DNA of 64,000 bases from Antedon mediterranea (lineage: Eukaryota; Animalia; Echinodermata): NCBI RefSeq assembly GCF_964355755.1, contig NC_092674.1, positions 23,498,001-23,562,000 of the forward strand. Direction: 5' to 3'. The position numbers and the translations under genes are program-made. Under the pieces are notes generated by a model that saw only the letters and a list, made by a program, of their open reading frames with translations, was not told where the DNA came from and searched no databases. Every line of letters begins with the position of its first letter. The stretch's first letter is position 1. Below, in pieces: positions 47,001-58,891 of this stretch.

Positions 47001-50000
47001 TTTTCATGCATGAAGAAGTCTTCCAAATCTTCATCACGAGATTGACTTGCAATATACAGTCGACTGAAAAGGCTGCAGTCACTTTTTAAACTCTTAACTT
47101 GTTGCTTTGTTTTGGACACTGATTTTGACCATGGTGCGTTGAACAACGGCAGCTTATTCTGTTTGATGGCTTGTTGAATTGCAACACTTCTGTCGAGAAT
47201 AACTTCCTTGATATATTTTTTGGTACTGGGTAGTACCTACATCCTGAATTGTACGAACTGTCACTATTGCACTTTCATTGGCACAATCTCGAGCATCCAA
47301 GACCAGAAGTTCTGAACAATTATCGAGGAATGGGTTGCCTGCATTGCTCAGGGAACTGCAAGTGCCGTTAAGCAGGTCTTTCTTGCACTGGTCTTTGTTA
47401 CCCATGCCGTGGAACTTGTTCGTCATCTAGCAACTCTGTACCATTATAAGTGTTTATTTCCAGATAAATAATTTCATAAAAGTAAAGTTGATAATCACCT
47501 CCATGTATTGTTTTGGATGCTAACGCCATAATTGTCAGTCAAATGGTCTTTTGTCTGTTTACTAAGTCCAGTGATTATTGAGCCAAGTTTGATACAGTAT
47601 ATGTTTTATATAATTTTTTTCAGTGGTTCCTAATATTATGTTAATGGAAAGACAGGACAGGATAAATATATATTAGTAGTTCTATTACAAAAATGAAGGT
47701 TGTTTTTCTTATAACTACAATGTTCATAACTGTAATAAATTACCATTCCCTAACATATAGAGTAACATAGTATTTACATGATCATTCTAGAATAAGATGT
47801 TTTGATTTAAACCATGTATAATTAATAAGAACAATCAAGAACATTCCAGAAGTGCTATTAATAGAAACTGTAATCATGTAATAATGAGAAGTATAAGGAA
47901 TGATCTAGAAGGTTATGAACATATTGTATATAAGGGGAAGTATGACAATTGTAAGTGGGAGAAGGATTTTGATTGAAGCATTTATTTTGAAGAAGGTTGT
48001 TGGATTAGAGGTTGGATTAGAGGTTGGATGTTATATTGTAAAGTCATTGTGAAGCTGTTGTTTAAAGTGCTTACTGGATTGTTGAAAGTTGAAGTTGATT
48101 GAAATTAAAGCTTTGTTTTTGAGTTATTTTACAACTTTGTGGATTTTGTGTGTATACTTTTATGTCACAAGGGAGTTCCTAAAGTATTTTCAACCGCTCG
48201 GAAACATACGTACGAGGAGTTCGTGACATAATTTGGTGGCAGCGGTGTTCAGCCTAATTTGGTGGCAGCGGTGTTCAGCCTAATTTGGTGGCAGCGGTTA
48301 TTTCGATCTACTGTTCGACTTAACTGTGTATTTATCTACGGTTGTGATATTTTGTGGTAGCAGTTTGATCTACTGTATTTTGCCATAGATTGGTGGCTGT
48401 TTTAGGATCAACTGTACTTCTATTGATATTTTGAGGAAGCGGTACTTACGATACGGTGATATTTTACGGAAGCCGCGGTGCTACGTTTTGTTTAATCGTA
48501 AGTACACAAACATTGTTTTAAGAACAGTACATTATTTATTTGGAACAGTAGACTTGTGAACGTCTCGGTAACTACGATTAACTAGTAACAAGACCCTCAT
48601 CCAGATTTAAAATATGGCTGATAAACAATCAACAACAATATCCGGTAAAGTGTACAGCAGTACAGACTTTTTAGTGTTGTTAATGAAGCAACAAATACAA
48701 CAACAGAGTCTTCTGATGCAGCAGATGATGGATAACCAAGAACGTTTACATCGGGAAGATATTGAAAGGAAAGAAGGTTTATGTCGGGAAGATATGACGG
48801 TCTGTAAGGACGGAATTTTATTTAGGCATGTTTTTACTAAACACCAGACAGAACCCATAGAGAAATTACTGGTTTTATATCATTGCAGTAATAGTGTTTT
48901 GAAATTTTCACATGATATTTCGTTGACAGAGTATTGTAAAGCCTCAAAGTATAAAACTAAATTTAAGGATTTTATGATTCCTATGTCAGTAATTGTTAGT
49001 GAACCATTCCGACAAATTGACATGAATATTGTTGGTTCATTATTAGTAATTATTAATGATTATGTTGTATGTTATTATGGCGTATTTAAGTTTTATAGAA
49101 TAGGAGTGGGTTAACTTTTGCCACTTTCGTGTATACTTGCCCTTCAAAACTCCAAGAAAGAGTTTTGAGCTCAGAAAGAGGGGGGAGTGTAATAAATTAC
49201 CATTCCCTAACATATAGAGTAACATAGTATTTACATGATCATTCTAGAATAAGATGTTTTGATTTAAACCATGTATAATTAATAAGAACAATCAAGAACA
49301 TTCCAGAAGTGCTATTAATAGAAACTGTAATCATGTAATAATGAGAAGTATAAGGAATGATCTAGAAGGTTATGAACATATTGTATATAAGGGGAAGTAT
49401 GACAATTGTAAGTGGGAGAAGGATTTTGATTGAAGCATTTATTTTGAAGAAGGTTGTTGGATTAGAGGTTGGATTAGAGGTTGGATGTTATATTGTAAAG
49501 TCATTGTGAAGCTGTTGTTTAAAGTGCTTACTGGATTGTTGAAAGTTGAAGTTGATTGAAATTAAAGCTTTGTTTTTGAGTTATTTTACAACTTTGTGGA
49601 TTTTGTGTGTATACTTTTATGTCACAAGGGAGTTCCTAAAGTATTTTCAACCGCTCGGAAACATACGTACGAGGAGTTCGTGACAATAACATAGCCCAAT
49701 ATTGGCGCGTTTTGATTTAAATCCCCTTCAATATGACAGAAAATGACATTATTTGACCTTATATATTCCGTCTGAAGAGAAATCATATATTTTTTATGTG
49801 TGTATTGCAATGTACATGTCATGAGTTTTAATTTGATACCAAACTTGGTATGTATATACGAAGATTTAAGTTTTCACCTAATTACGTAATACTAAAAAAA
49901 GGGCGTGGTCCAAATGACGTCGTTAAATTGTTCCGATTTTTGGGCACCCCTTCTAGGATTGTTAGATATACCCTAAAGAAGGTTTGTGCCAAATTTGGTG

Positions 50001-53000
50001 CTTTTGTCACAAAATGCACAATCTTCATAAAAAATGGAAGTTAGCAACCCTGCTAAACGCAAAGGAACCAATTTAACCGCTCCGTTTGCCTGACAAGCAC
50101 TTTAAAACTCCGAAATTAGTGTTGACTCTGGTCCGATATGGTTTGCTTTGGCTGGATTTTTTAAATGTTTTCGTAATTAATATTTATGCAATTTTGTTCA
50201 CAGCTTATAAGAATAAGTTACGACCATTTATCGCACCTCCTGTTATACAAAAGGTAGAGTTACTTTAAAATAGTTTGTTTCACACAGCATAAGAACGCAC
50301 ATTCTGTACTGCGTGTGTGTGTGTCTATCTATCTATACTAAGTGTATTTAGACAAAATAAAAGAACAACCTACCAATTTGTTTGTTCACATACAGTACAG
50401 CGGTGGGTATTCAATTCGATATTGTGATAAACAAGTCAAGAATTTTGTATTACACTTGTTTTTAGTTTGACTATTCACCTGATTACTACTTGCCTGTTTT
50501 TCTTCCTGTCTTTATTTTTCTAATCAGTATGGGGTCTTATTTTGATTATTATTATTGCGATATGTAAACATAGAATAAAGCACACAACTTTATAAGATTC
50601 TAAAATTTCACTGATTACTGATAAATAATAACCTCTACAATGTCGATACAATGGCAAAAATGTAATACAATTTACAAATTAGTTATATATATATATTTTT
50701 TTTTATTGTCCAAAACCTTAAAATCACATTGAATGCACAATAAGGACGATAGCGGCGATTTTCAAAACAAAATAAATCCAAAATGTTTCATGCTAGAACT
50801 ATAAGATAACCATTTATGCTGTCTTTTATGAAAATAATATTTTCACAATGACGTCATGAAATTTACTAGAATCAAAAATATCGTGACGATAAAACGAATT
50901 TTATTTTCTTATTGGTCATGACATCATATGATTTTAAATAAGTAATATCAAACAAACAAACTTCATTTGATCAGATTTTACAAATATTATTTTCATCAGT
51001 ATAAATGGTTATCATAGTTCTACAATGAAAAATGTTCTAATTTATTTTGTTTTATGCAGGAAAAAAGTATATTTATCGATTTATCGATTTATCGTTGATC
51101 GTTAGCATCCTAGGATGTAGCTAAAGAGGAAGTTCTTTTAACATATAACATGAGCTGTACCAAAGATAAAATGGACACCGAAATCCAATTAAGTTTCTAA
51201 GTATAATATGTTCATTTTAACAGATTGAGGATGACCAACCACTCGACTATCTTTGTGAGATGAGAGAGGTGACAATTGTCTTCATCAATCTGGTTCTCCA
51301 GACGGGTGATCACACGAGCTGCCTTCAGGAGCTTTACAATACTATCGGGGCGTCAGTGTTGCAATTTCAAGGTACGGTCTGCAGCCTTTTACTATACGTA
51401 CAGTACAAGCCAGTCTTGTTTAGACATTTGTGACAGAGTATTTGTATATAAAACTGAAGGCATTACATCTTGCTATTTCCCAATCTCAATAATGAAAGAT
51501 GTGTTTACAGGATGAAGACGAAATTCCGGGCTACATACCTCGATTGGACAATGTGCGGTTCGCTTTTTGAGTTTCTTTCAAATCACGTGATTATATAATA
51601 TATACAGATATCGTCTTAAGTGTTTCGAGATGGTAGACAACGGACTAATGTTCGCGAATGTCAATTTCAATTAGGCTTCATTTGAATGATGGTCAAAACT
51701 GAGCCAAGACTGTTTAAAGCACCTGGCTGGTCATATCATTGACCATTGGCTTCTTTCGTCCAGTACCCAACTTGACCGAGAGGCGTAAGCCAATACGTCT
51801 AAGACAGATACTAGATGCATAGACTGACAATCGATAAGAGTCAGCAGTGCTGATTTCAAATGCCTAGGAGACCCCAGCTCCATAATACAGCACCCGGGCC
51901 CAACGTTGCTTAACGTCGGTAATCTGACGAGAACCGATGTTTCAACGTGGTAAGGCCGGGAGTGAATAACCTTATACTACAGCCAATTAAGATCTATTTA
52001 CCTTTACTTTACAGTTTCATTTAATAATTCATGTTTGCCTTGTTTAGGTATGATCAACAAGATATTTGAATTTGACAAAGGCACTAGTTTTCTGATAATA
52101 TTCGGGTTACCTGGTTTTAAGCACGAAAACGAGATTGGCCACGCACTTCAGTGTTCCAGTAAAATTCAACAATCTCTTAAAATAATGTCGACAATCAAGT
52201 AAGACATTTTTTATTCTGTTTGAAGTAATTTTAACATTATTACATTCTTTGTCCTTTTGGTTGACATTTTCAACTCTAGATTTAAATGTGACTTTCTGTT
52301 TCCACTTCTTCTTAGACAAGTATCAATTGGAGTCACCACAGGGAAGGTTTTCTGCGGCGTAGTAGGTCATCCATCAAGACATGAATATACGGGTAAGTTT
52401 GTACGTGACAGTATAAAGTCTTTAACGTCTGGTTTCAACAGGGCGAATTCATTTGTGCAATAATCTAGTGTTTCAGTACTCTTTTATTTCCACTAAAAAA
52501 AGTGATGTCATTCTATCGCGTGTGTCTGCTAGGCTGTTCGGTCGCATGAGCCCAGATTATATGTTCTCAACGCCAACATTAGAAGCTGTTCATTTCAGAA
52601 GAGAAAAACCCAAGAAACTAGAATTCGTCACCGAAAGATATTTGGAAATACGAATGCGCACACAGCTTATAGAAGAGTACCGCCGGTTTATGTTCTATTA
52701 TCAGTAACATACGTGTACGTTTTCACCACAGTGAATCATAATACAAACACACACATTTGAGATATTCTAATTATATGTTTTGTTTGCAGTAATTGGACCA
52801 AGAGTTAACATGGCAGCTCGTCTGATGATGAACTACCCCAGTAAGTTGTCCTGTGATGAGTCAACTTGCACACGATCTAAAATTCAAATGAGCCACTTCG
52901 AAGATCTTCCAGCAGTTACTTTAAAAGGAATGGAAAATCCTGGCAAGATTTTCGAATTTCACGAAGTTGCAAAGTTAGTGGTTACTGTAATATTGCAATA

Positions 53001-56000
53001 TAAGGTAGTTAGAAAGTAGCATAAAAAGATTTGTGTATACAAAAAGTAGCCTACGCTAGTATGAGAGTAAAATAAAGAGGGCCCACAGTCTCTCCGCTTC
53101 ACGTTGTGAAGTTAGTCGTAGTATTCAGTAAATGTCATGTATTTGGCTATAAATAACACTGCACCATATCGGTTTATTCGGAGCTTTCTTTGCTTTTCTA
53201 TAGAGATGAAGATACAGGCATTACAGCAACAGAACACCCATTATTAGGTAAGTTTAAGGTATAATTAAAACACCTATCGTGATTATGATTGATGCTAACT
53301 ATATGTTACTTAACTGCTAAGCTATGTTACTACTGAAGAACTATGTTACTACGGATAAACGATGTTACTACTGATAAACTATGTTTCTACTGATAAACTA
53401 TGTTACTGCTGATAAACATGTTACTGCTGATAAACATGTTACTGCTGATAAACTTGTTACTGCTGATAAACTATGTTACTACAGATAAACTATGTTTCTA
53501 CTGCTAAACTACATGTTTCTACTGCTAAACTACATGTTTCTACTGCTAAACTACATATTCCTACTGCTAAACTACATATTCCTACTGCTAAACTACATGT
53601 TTCTACTGCTAAACTACATGTTTCTACTGCTAAACTACATGTTTCTACTGCTAAACTACATGTTTCTACTGCTAAACTACATGTTTCTACTGCTAAACTA
53701 CATGTTTCTACTGCTAAACTACATGTTTCTACTGCTAAACTACATGTTTCTACTGCTAAACTACATGTTTCTACTGCTAAACTACATGTTTCTACTGCTA
53801 AACTACATGTTTCTACTGCTAAACTATTTTACTAACTGCTAAACTACATGTTTCTACCTGCTAAACTACATGTTTCTACTGCTAAACTACATGTTTCTAC
53901 CTGCTAAACTACATGTTTCTACTGCTAAACTACATGTTTCTACCTGCTAAACTACATGTTTCTACTGCTAAACTACATGTTTCTACTGCTAAACTACATG
54001 TTTCTACTGCTAAACTACATGTTTCTACTGCTAAACTACATGTTTCTACTGCTAAACTACATGTTTCTACTGCTAAACTACATGTTTCTACTGCTAAACT
54101 ACATGTTTCTATTGCTAAACTACATGTTTCTACTGCTAAACTATTTTACTAACTGCTAAACTGTTTTACTAACTGCTAAACTGTGTTATTAACTGCTAAA
54201 CTGTGTTACTAACTGCTAAACTATGTTACTTTACGGCTAAATTAGGTTTCTACTGCTAAACTATCTTTCTATCTTGTGTATAGTGTACAATAGTAAACTG
54301 AAACTATATTTTTTACTTACATAGGATATAAAACTGAAGTTGAAGAATGTATTTGTGCAATAAGTGATACAATGAACAGTACTGAGCATGTCCGATTTGT
54401 TATCGTGAAGGGGGAGCCAGGGTTTGGTAAATCCCGAGTTTTACTAACATTGGCCGATGAAGCAAGAAAAGCCAATATCAGGTTAGTTGTGTAATTTGTG
54501 ACTCTTCTTTCGGTATGGGCTTTTTTATATTGTTTTATAAAGTTACAGTGTTTATAGTATTCATTGATTGGCAAATTATGTTAAGAAACTAAAATTTGCT
54601 TTTTGTTACCGGTTTTAATTCTTACTACGGACTGATTGACTGACCGGGAGTTAGTTAGTCTAGTCTTCACTAGAAGATTGGCATGTAAAGTTTGCCGGTG
54701 TTGACCAAAGACTTGTTTGCTAAAACTCAGTGTATCAAATCATTAAGTGCTTTGCAGTCATGTGATCCTATAATAACAACTTCCAGTAACTAGTCTAGAC
54801 ATGGAATCTCAAACTTCTCCAGAGGCAAACAACAGTTTGGTAAAGCGTAATAATGTCTATATTGGTACACTTTTCTTTCCAAATGTGTTAGTGTTCTCCA
54901 GTTGACAAACTTTGACAAACTACAGAAACTAAGTTTGCCAAACTTTTACAAACCACAGAAAATATGTTTGCAGTAGTACAATACACTAGTAAACTTTAGT
55001 TTGCAAAGAAGTTTCTAGGGTAGACTAGGCTGAACTGCCAGGTGACAATTCGCAAACAATTTCTTTTGACATGATAGAAACACGTTGTTTATCTTTTCAA
55101 ACAGAGTAATTAATCATTCTGCGAACCTCAGTCATGCTTGTACACCTTACTACACGGCATCGTATATTGTAAAGAGTATTCTGGAGCTCGGAAAAGTTGG
55201 AAGTCCGGAAGAAAAAGAGAAGTATCTACAAGAAAAATTCAAATCTTCTGACATCATAAAGTTTCTGGGCTTATTGAATAATTTGATCGGTGTCCAGGTA
55301 AACAATAACCTCTCATACCAGCAAGCGGTCGAAATGAAAAGAAAAAAGACAAGAAATTCCAATTATTTCTTCTTTTTTGTTTTCGAAAAGTCCTACACTG
55401 AATACCGAATAAACAAATTGTAAAAATTGGTTGGGTAGAATTTTAGAGTTTTTCATTTACATTTGAAATGAACGGATTTTCTTCTTTTCGATTTGTTTCA
55501 TTTTTACAAAATGTTATTAATTTTTTGTTTTGGTCCTTTTGTTATTGTTTTAAAGTGTAGTCCTTAGAAAAAGTGTAAAGCATCTTATTGACAAAAGAAA
55601 TGGCGAATTCCTCATATACCAATATTGTTATTATTTTCAATTTTGTTTACCAGCTTCCGTGTGATGAAACTGTAGGAAACATGAGCACAGGGGACCGAAC
55701 TAAAGCTATGCATCGGTTGTTAGGAAGGATCGTTGCAGAGGTAGGCACACTTTTGTTTGTATTTGACAGACTTCTTTTATATAGTTGCTATAATATGGTA
55801 GTGTAATAAAGAAAAAATAGTGGTGCTTAATTTAAGCCAACCTGAGACAGTATCGTGCCCGAATACCAGAAGTTGGGACTCCTCATACAGTATTTAAAGC
55901 TAAAACATTCATTGTTTAATATGTTTGTTTATTTGTTTTTTAGACGCAAGGAGACTACGAAGGTACAGTAGTGACAATCGATGATGCCCACCAGATTGAC

Positions 56001-58891
56001 AAAGACTCGTGGCAGCTTCTGTCAAACTTCGCTATTCGTTCATGCGTGATCATTATGGCGGTCGGTCCAATCGGAGATGAGGACCAAAGCGCAGATATTG
56101 CCCGCAAAGTTATGAAAAGCCAAAATACGTATATAGTGACGTTGAAGGGTCTTCAGTCTGATACTCTAGAACCTTTGATATGTCAGTGTTTGGACGTCAA
56201 TGAAATTCCACAAGATCTTGTCAAGTATGACATAATAAGTATTGCATCTTTGTGTAGTCCATTTCTCCCTTTCGCTTACTTGATTCTCCCGAAAATGTAA
56301 TTCTAGCTCGGCTTTCTTGTATATTTCTTATTAGTTCCCACTCACATAGGTCGTTTTATTGCCTAACAATCACTGTCTAGCAAAATAACAAAATTAAATG
56401 TTGTGATATTTATCCGATTTTGGGCTTTTTTTCAAGTCGTCATTTTTGAATATTTGAAACGACATGATTGGAACTAACAAATTACTAACAAATTACTAAT
56501 GTACTAAACTAAACTATTGTAATTTTGACAATTTTCATAGTTTATTGCGTTCAAATATGAAAGGAAAGATAAATCCAAGTTGGGTAAAACAATGTGTACT
56601 GAGTCTTCTGCACACTGACCAACTACAGCTAACGGAACAAGAGGACGGAAACAAAGTCTGCATTGTGGCCAAAGGTGTCAAACTTCGTGAACTAGAAATA
56701 CCAGAGTCTCTTAGAGGTAAGCTTTGCTATACTCTTTGTGTTCTGCATTGTTATGTGTTTGTTTCTTCCTAACTTTAAATAATCTCTAAATCTCTCACTA
56801 TACTACAGATTTGTTTTTCGTACACGAAAAAACTACTATTAAACGACCGCCGAACCACATGTAATTAACTAATATTGCTCAGTCGAATCTGGCTTAATCC
56901 TTTAAAGAATGCGTTCTTTTCTTTTTCTTTACACACAGGCTGTTTGATAGCTTTGATAGATCGTCTACCAGTGACGGAGAGAACCATGGTGAAACTAGCA
57001 TCCGTCATAGGTACAACTTTCTCAGCGGACACACTCGGTCACCTTCTACAAAATTTAACAACCAGCAAAGTTCAGCAGACTATTGGCAACCTCTTGTCTT
57101 CTGGCGTATTTGTCTTTCGAGCAATGATGCTGAGATTTGAGTCGACGAGTCTGCAGGAGACAGCCTACTCGCTGCTTATTGACAAACAGCGACGAAAGCT
57201 TCATGAAACCTATGCCAGCTACCTGGAATCGCAATATTTCGAGCAGTCCACAGTACGAACAAGTAAGTTCAATGGTCACAACTAAACAACTATACTCTTT
57301 ATGTGTCAAGAAATTGAAGTGACAAAGACATCTCAATGTCCTCGCATGCACACAATGAATTAGCATGGCGTTATTACAACTGTAGTTCATCGGTTGTCTC
57401 AAATCGAAGGATCCGTATAATCACACAAAATTTAATACAATAACAACCTAATTTTGTTTTAGGGAGAAGTTTATTCAAGAAAAAAACAGCATCGCCAACA
57501 ACTGAAAACAGGTAGGCCTATGTACTTTAACATTTAAACGGTATCGAAGTCATCGCCATTAGACACTGTCAAAACTCCACATTTTATCAGAATTATCTAG
57601 GCCTATTTATATTAATTTTTATACTTAATTTTTCCAGAAATGTGACGTATGATGTACGTACGCTGCAGTCAATCTTCCCTCAGTTGATCACTCACTGGCG
57701 CAAAGCAAATAATACGGCTAAAGCATTGGAATACTTGATCAAAGCTGCCGACTCGGCCGTTGCTGTTAATAATATGATGCAGGTAAGATTATTGTAAATT
57801 AATTGTCTTAATTTAGTGATGAGGGAGTTTTCAATTTTCGGCGACCACTAGGACTTTTGTTTGTTTTTTTCTTACTAAAGTATATTTAGGCCTATTTTCA
57901 TTTCCTAACAAATTTATTTTCTAACATATTCAGTTCTACATTCATTTTCATATTGATTCTTAACATATTCATTTCATATTCATTTAACATATTAACTATT
58001 ATAGGACTTATTACATCATTGTTGCAAGTCTTGTAAAACCGCTTTCGATTTTGCGCGACGACCGTAAACCACAAAAAGGTTCCACTGCGCATGTATGTAA
58101 TAACAGAATCCAAATTCGTCACCTAGACATAGATTCGATGACATTTTGTTTTGTTCTTTTCGAGTGTATTTGTTTGAAAACTTTGGAATAGTTGCCGGTA
58201 CTTGAAAGCGTATTCTGTGTTCTTTTAGGCAATATCGTATATACTTCAAGCAAAGGAACTTGACCCGCCGCCGTCGCTTCAAGATGAAATCGACCAAATA
58301 GCGGCAAGGGTATGTATGGTACCAACAAAATAAATAATGTCAAACAATATAACTTAAGCTCTGTCTACACTATCAAACTTTATGTGAAAAAAAAAATGTC
58401 CATATATGGACATGATGATGTCATATCACTACCATATTTCAACATATCACTACCATTATTTGAGCACTTTTTGTCAAACTAGTTTGATAGTAAAATATTT
58501 AGTAACAGTTTATTGGTGAAAACCATAGTTCTTGATAGTACAGTAGTAAGTTGCATATTCAAAGTAATAGTTTAGCAAAACAAATATATTTTGGTTTATT
58601 TAATCACTACGTAAATAGGCAACAATGAGCTTATTCTCGACGCGAAAAAGAAGATTTGATGTCAAAGTTCAGACAGCTAAATGGAAAGTTTCGGCCAAAA
58701 AGAAGTTAGATGAGAACAAAGTCGAAGAAGTGATGGAGAAGATCCAGGCAAAGCCACCTAAAGGCAATTGGCGGCGTACAAAGGAAGCGCCAACAAACAT
58801 TTACCAGGCTATAGGAATAGTACCGACCACTACCATTTTTTTGACAATGTATCTGATATGTTTGTATATTTACTTTTCCAGAGTTATGTAA
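41088..58891 (+). CDS. ADCY10: Soluble adenylyl cyclase type 10-like protein (C1 and C2 class III cyclase domains, STAND-type P-loop NTPase, short TPR-like region)
   Basis: Motifs LSAQLPDLV, LMFLDVSGFTA, GDVVEFAGDALLVLW, EMREVTIVFINL, GMINKIFEFDKG, SIGVTTGKVFCGVVGHPSRHEYTVIGPRVNMAARLM, GEPGFGKS, IDDAHQIDKDSW, LQETAYSLL. Approximate exons: 41088-41210, 41673-41807, 42195-42338, 42926-43177, 43680-43717, 44422-44443, 50204-50253, 51224-51371, 52048-52198, 52316-52392, 52790-52973, 53204-53247, 54324-54481, 55105-55297, 55654-55740, 55944-56224, 56541-56716, 56939-57261, 57463-57511, 57638-57782, 58229-58309, 58619-58891. Confidence 0.9.
43860..44290. repeat. Degenerate T-rich minisatellite (ATGTAGACTTTTTT-like)
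   Basis: Recurring GTAGA(C/A)TTTTT units. Confidence 0.7.
45348..47350 (-). pseudogene. Academ protein remnant: XPG/FEN1-like nuclease and C-terminal Cys-rich finger, with stops, frameshifts and introns
   Basis: GNPFL, HENQPWPPSLA, FDGAAIVH, RIDIVWDTY, HEEAESRMCIH, VRTVDTADV, FHAFTGSDTTSQFFGK, IPPTQ/DALLQH, CKCR..GL..PCRGTC. Confidence 0.85.
47731..49685 (+). mobile_element. Non-autonomous Gypsy-derived LTR retroelement, 1955 bp
   Basis: 498-bp TG...CA LTRs at 47731-48228 and 49188-49685 with no differences seen by eye, 5-bp TSD ATAAC, PBS TGGTGGCAGCGGTG, polypurine tract AGAAAGAGGGGGGAG at 49173-49187. Confidence 0.95.
48614..49114 (+). CDS. 166-aa chimeric Gag-N-terminus/integrase-remnant ORF of the LTR element
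   Basis: Gln/Met-rich coiled-coil-like N-terminus followed by KDGILFR and IVSEPFRQIDMNIVGSL, resembling the Gypsy integrase motif EPFERIAMDIVGPL. Confidence 0.55.
   Translation: MADKQSTTISGKVYSSTDFLVLLMKQQIQQQSLLMQQMMDNQERLHREDIERKEGLCREDMTVCKDGILFRHVFTKHQTEPIEKLLVLYHCSNSVLKFSHDISLTEYCKASKYKTKFKDFMIPMSVIVSEPFRQIDMNIVGSLLVIINDYVVCYYGVFKFYRIGVG
51886..51960 (-). pseudogene. 5S rRNA-derived sequence with an internal deletion, probably the head of a SINE3-like element extending to about 51690
   Basis: Reverse complement GGCCTTACCACGTTGAAACATCGGTTCTCGTCAGATTACCGACGTTAAGCAACGTTGGGCCCGGGTGCTGTA matches the 5' 70 nt and the 3' end of metazoan 5S rRNA. Confidence 0.8.
53295..54265. repeat. 21-bp minisatellite (AACTACATGTTTCTACTGCTA) with a homogeneous core and degenerate edges
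   Basis: Direct tandem repetition; it accounts for the repetitive ORFs in the track. Confidence 0.97.

Larger units (their letters stand above)
44710..50055 (-). mobile_element. Degenerate Academ (XPG-nuclease type) DNA transposon with long inverted repeats
   Basis: TAGCAGGGT...ACCCTGCTA termini, 3-bp AAC target duplication (44707-44709 and 50056-50058), inverted arms 44710-45425 versus 47356-47730 plus 49691-50055. TAG..CTA ends, a 3-4 bp TSD and an XPG plus Cys-rich protein are characteristic of Academ. Confidence 0.85.

Noticed and set aside
44621-50044. Twin ORFs MYIRRFKFSPNY... on opposite strands
   Set aside because: They are just the two near-identical transposon arms; no protein motif recognised.
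53473-54159. Repetitive ORFs (HVSTAKL)n and (MFLLLNY)n
   Set aside because: Translation artefacts of a 21-bp intronic minisatellite.
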